Source: Xylographa opegraphella (taxonomy: Eukaryota). From it: DNA of 64,000 bases. The notes beneath the pieces are model-generated. The model made no database searches. It was not told the DNA's origin and worked only from the letters and a program-made list of their open reading frames with translations. Shown here in pieces: positions 62,484-64,000 of this stretch. A program made the translations under genes and the position numbers. The first letter of the stretch is position 1. Every line of letters starts with the position of its first letter. The stretch is taken from positions 62,001 through 126,000 of the forward strand of contig JALDZX010000044.1 of assembly GCA_022813865.1 (NCBI GenBank). Direction: 5' to 3'.

Positions 62484-63098
62484 TTCAAAGCTAGTGATAT
62501 CCTACCCTACCACCACTCTCCCTATCCCTATCACTAGCCCTATCACTATTCCCATCACACCCACCTGACCCCGCCGCAAGTAATCCCCCTCTCCTAAGCC
62601 ACGGCGCCTGTTTCAAGGCCGTCAAGAAAGGGTGTGCTGATGCTGTTTCACCATTGCCAGCCCCCACCTCCAGCATCACGATCCTCCGCCCCCACCCTGC
62701 ATCCTTCTAGCGTCCCGCCTCGCTGACGGTGGGGGGGCACGTTGCTCACCGCTTAGTGCGCGAATACGCACATGGCGCTGCACGACATTCTGGAGGATTG
62801 GGAGTGTGCGCTAGTTGGGGGTGGGTGGGAGGCGGGCGCTTAGGTGGTGATGGGGAGGATCAGAGCAGTTCAGCAGGCACGCGTGACCTTCATCCTACCT
62901 TACCTTACGCAAAGGGCTGCAGAAGGCACGAAGTGTGGCCGGGCACACTTATCGTGCTGCTAATCCGCATTAAGGGAGTGGCAACCTTGCGCAGGCGGAC
63001 GACTTGTCCAGACGGGAGGAGGGGGGCGTGCGGAGGGGGCAGCGTATCAACATCCAACGTAACCTGACGTCGCAGACACACATCTCGTCGCCTCCAGC

Positions 63099-64000
63099 AT
63101 GTCCACCGTGTCCGCCCAGAGCGCCTTCTGGGCCGTCGTTGCCCTGGCGCTGAACACCGCCTGCCAGCCAGCCGGCAGCGTTCTCTCGAGCCCAGCAGCG
63201 CACAGCGGGGCGCTCCGCACCTCGCCAATCATCTGTGTGGCCGACGCGCTCGTTACGCTCTCGACATTCGTTGCGCTACTGGTGCAGCGGCATGGAGTCC
63301 GTCAGAGCGCTCGGGCGGTACTCCACTGGCGCTTCCACGAGAACGGAGCTGAGCCGGAGGAGGCAGCGAAGATCGAACAGGGCTGGTTCCGCGCGTTGGT
63401 TTTCGTCCTCGGGGCGCTGCCGCAGATGGTCAAGGTCGTGGGGCTTCAAGGCGTGCCGTGGACGCAGGCGCTCTGTTCCGCTTATCTGGCGTCCTTTGCC
63501 GTTGTCGAGCTCTTGGTTTATCTGGCTGGGGAGGACCGAGATGATGTCGACCGTGCTATTGTCCAGCCAGGGTTTGTTGTGACGCTGGGCAGGATCTTCA
63601 GAGGGTTGGGAGGTGTCGTCCAGACCGCCTTGTGGATTTATTGCATGGCCGAGGTGCTGAATGGCCTCATCCCGCCTTCCTCTGGTGACGGTGATCTCGA
63701 ACATGAGGATGACCTGGTGGTGATCGCCATTGTGCCGTTCGTGACGGTGAGCTACATTGTGCTTTTGGTTTCCATCTGGAGCGTATTACTATGTGTATGG
63801 TTCCTATTCGCATCTCTAGTCCAGCCCGCGCTCGCAATGACACCGAGCTTACCCTTGATCGTTGTTACTTGCCTCGTCATAGCTGCAGGGAATACTGCGA
63901 TGGTGTTCGTAGACACGGCAACCAAAGACATGCACCATTTCGTGCTTCCTGGATGTGTGATCTGGGCCACCCTCCTCCTCGCCGTCCCCGGCATGCTGGC
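63099..64000 (+). CDS. Multi-pass membrane hypothetical protein, 3' end runs off the window
   Basis: ATG 63099 with frame open to the window end (so absent from the ORF track): MSTVSAQSAFWAVVALALNTACQPAG..LRTSPIICVAD..FVLGALPQMVKVVGLQGVPWTQ. Several hydrophobic segments. Confidence 0.8.
   Translation, partial: MSTVSAQSAFWAVVALALNTACQPAGSVLSSPAAHSGALRTSPIICVADALVTLSTFVALLVQRHGVRQSARAVLHWRFHENGAEPEEAAKIEQGWFRALVFVLGALPQMVKVVGLQGVPWTQALCSAYLASFAVVELLVYLAGEDRDDVDRAIVQPGFVVTLGRIFRGLGGVVQTALWIYCMAEVLNGLIPPSSGDGDLEHEDDLVVIAIVPFVTVSYIVLLVSIWSVLLCVWFLFASLVQPALAMTPSLPLIVVTCLVIAAGNTAMVFVDTATKDMHHFVLPGCVIWATLLLAVPGML

Overview
Intron-rich, gene-dense window from a filamentous ascomycete (Pezizomycotina-type GT..AG introns with CTRAY branch points). 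I can support about 19 protein-coding loci. In order: a C2H2 zinc-finger gene (partial), a large WD40-type protein, two conserved hypothetical genes, a modin/MOD-A-like gene, an SDR, threonine synthase, UPF3, the PP2A-like phosphatase PPG1, an acr-2-like Zn2Cys6 factor, an FAD monooxygenase, a quinate/shikimate dehydrogenase, RPL26, an AT-hook/C2H2 protein, OST4, TMA46, a PD-(D/E)xK-like gene broken by one in-frame stop, a metallo-beta-lactamase-fold hydrolase and a partial membrane protein. The best non-ORF result is a U3 snoRNA gene on the minus strand (about 23097-23447) split by a 53-nt spliceosomal intron and lying head-to-head with THR4. Other leads: a coding-like non-AUG uORF at 15991-16269, a uORF and possible leader intron upstream of UPF3, recurrent GC-rich islands with a C-then-G skew flip that ignores gene strand, stop-free 3n introns, and a 30-bp minisatellite. 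I found no intact transposon, CRISPR array, tRNA or rRNA, and no clearly new multi-gene system. Family names come from recalled motifs, not database searches.
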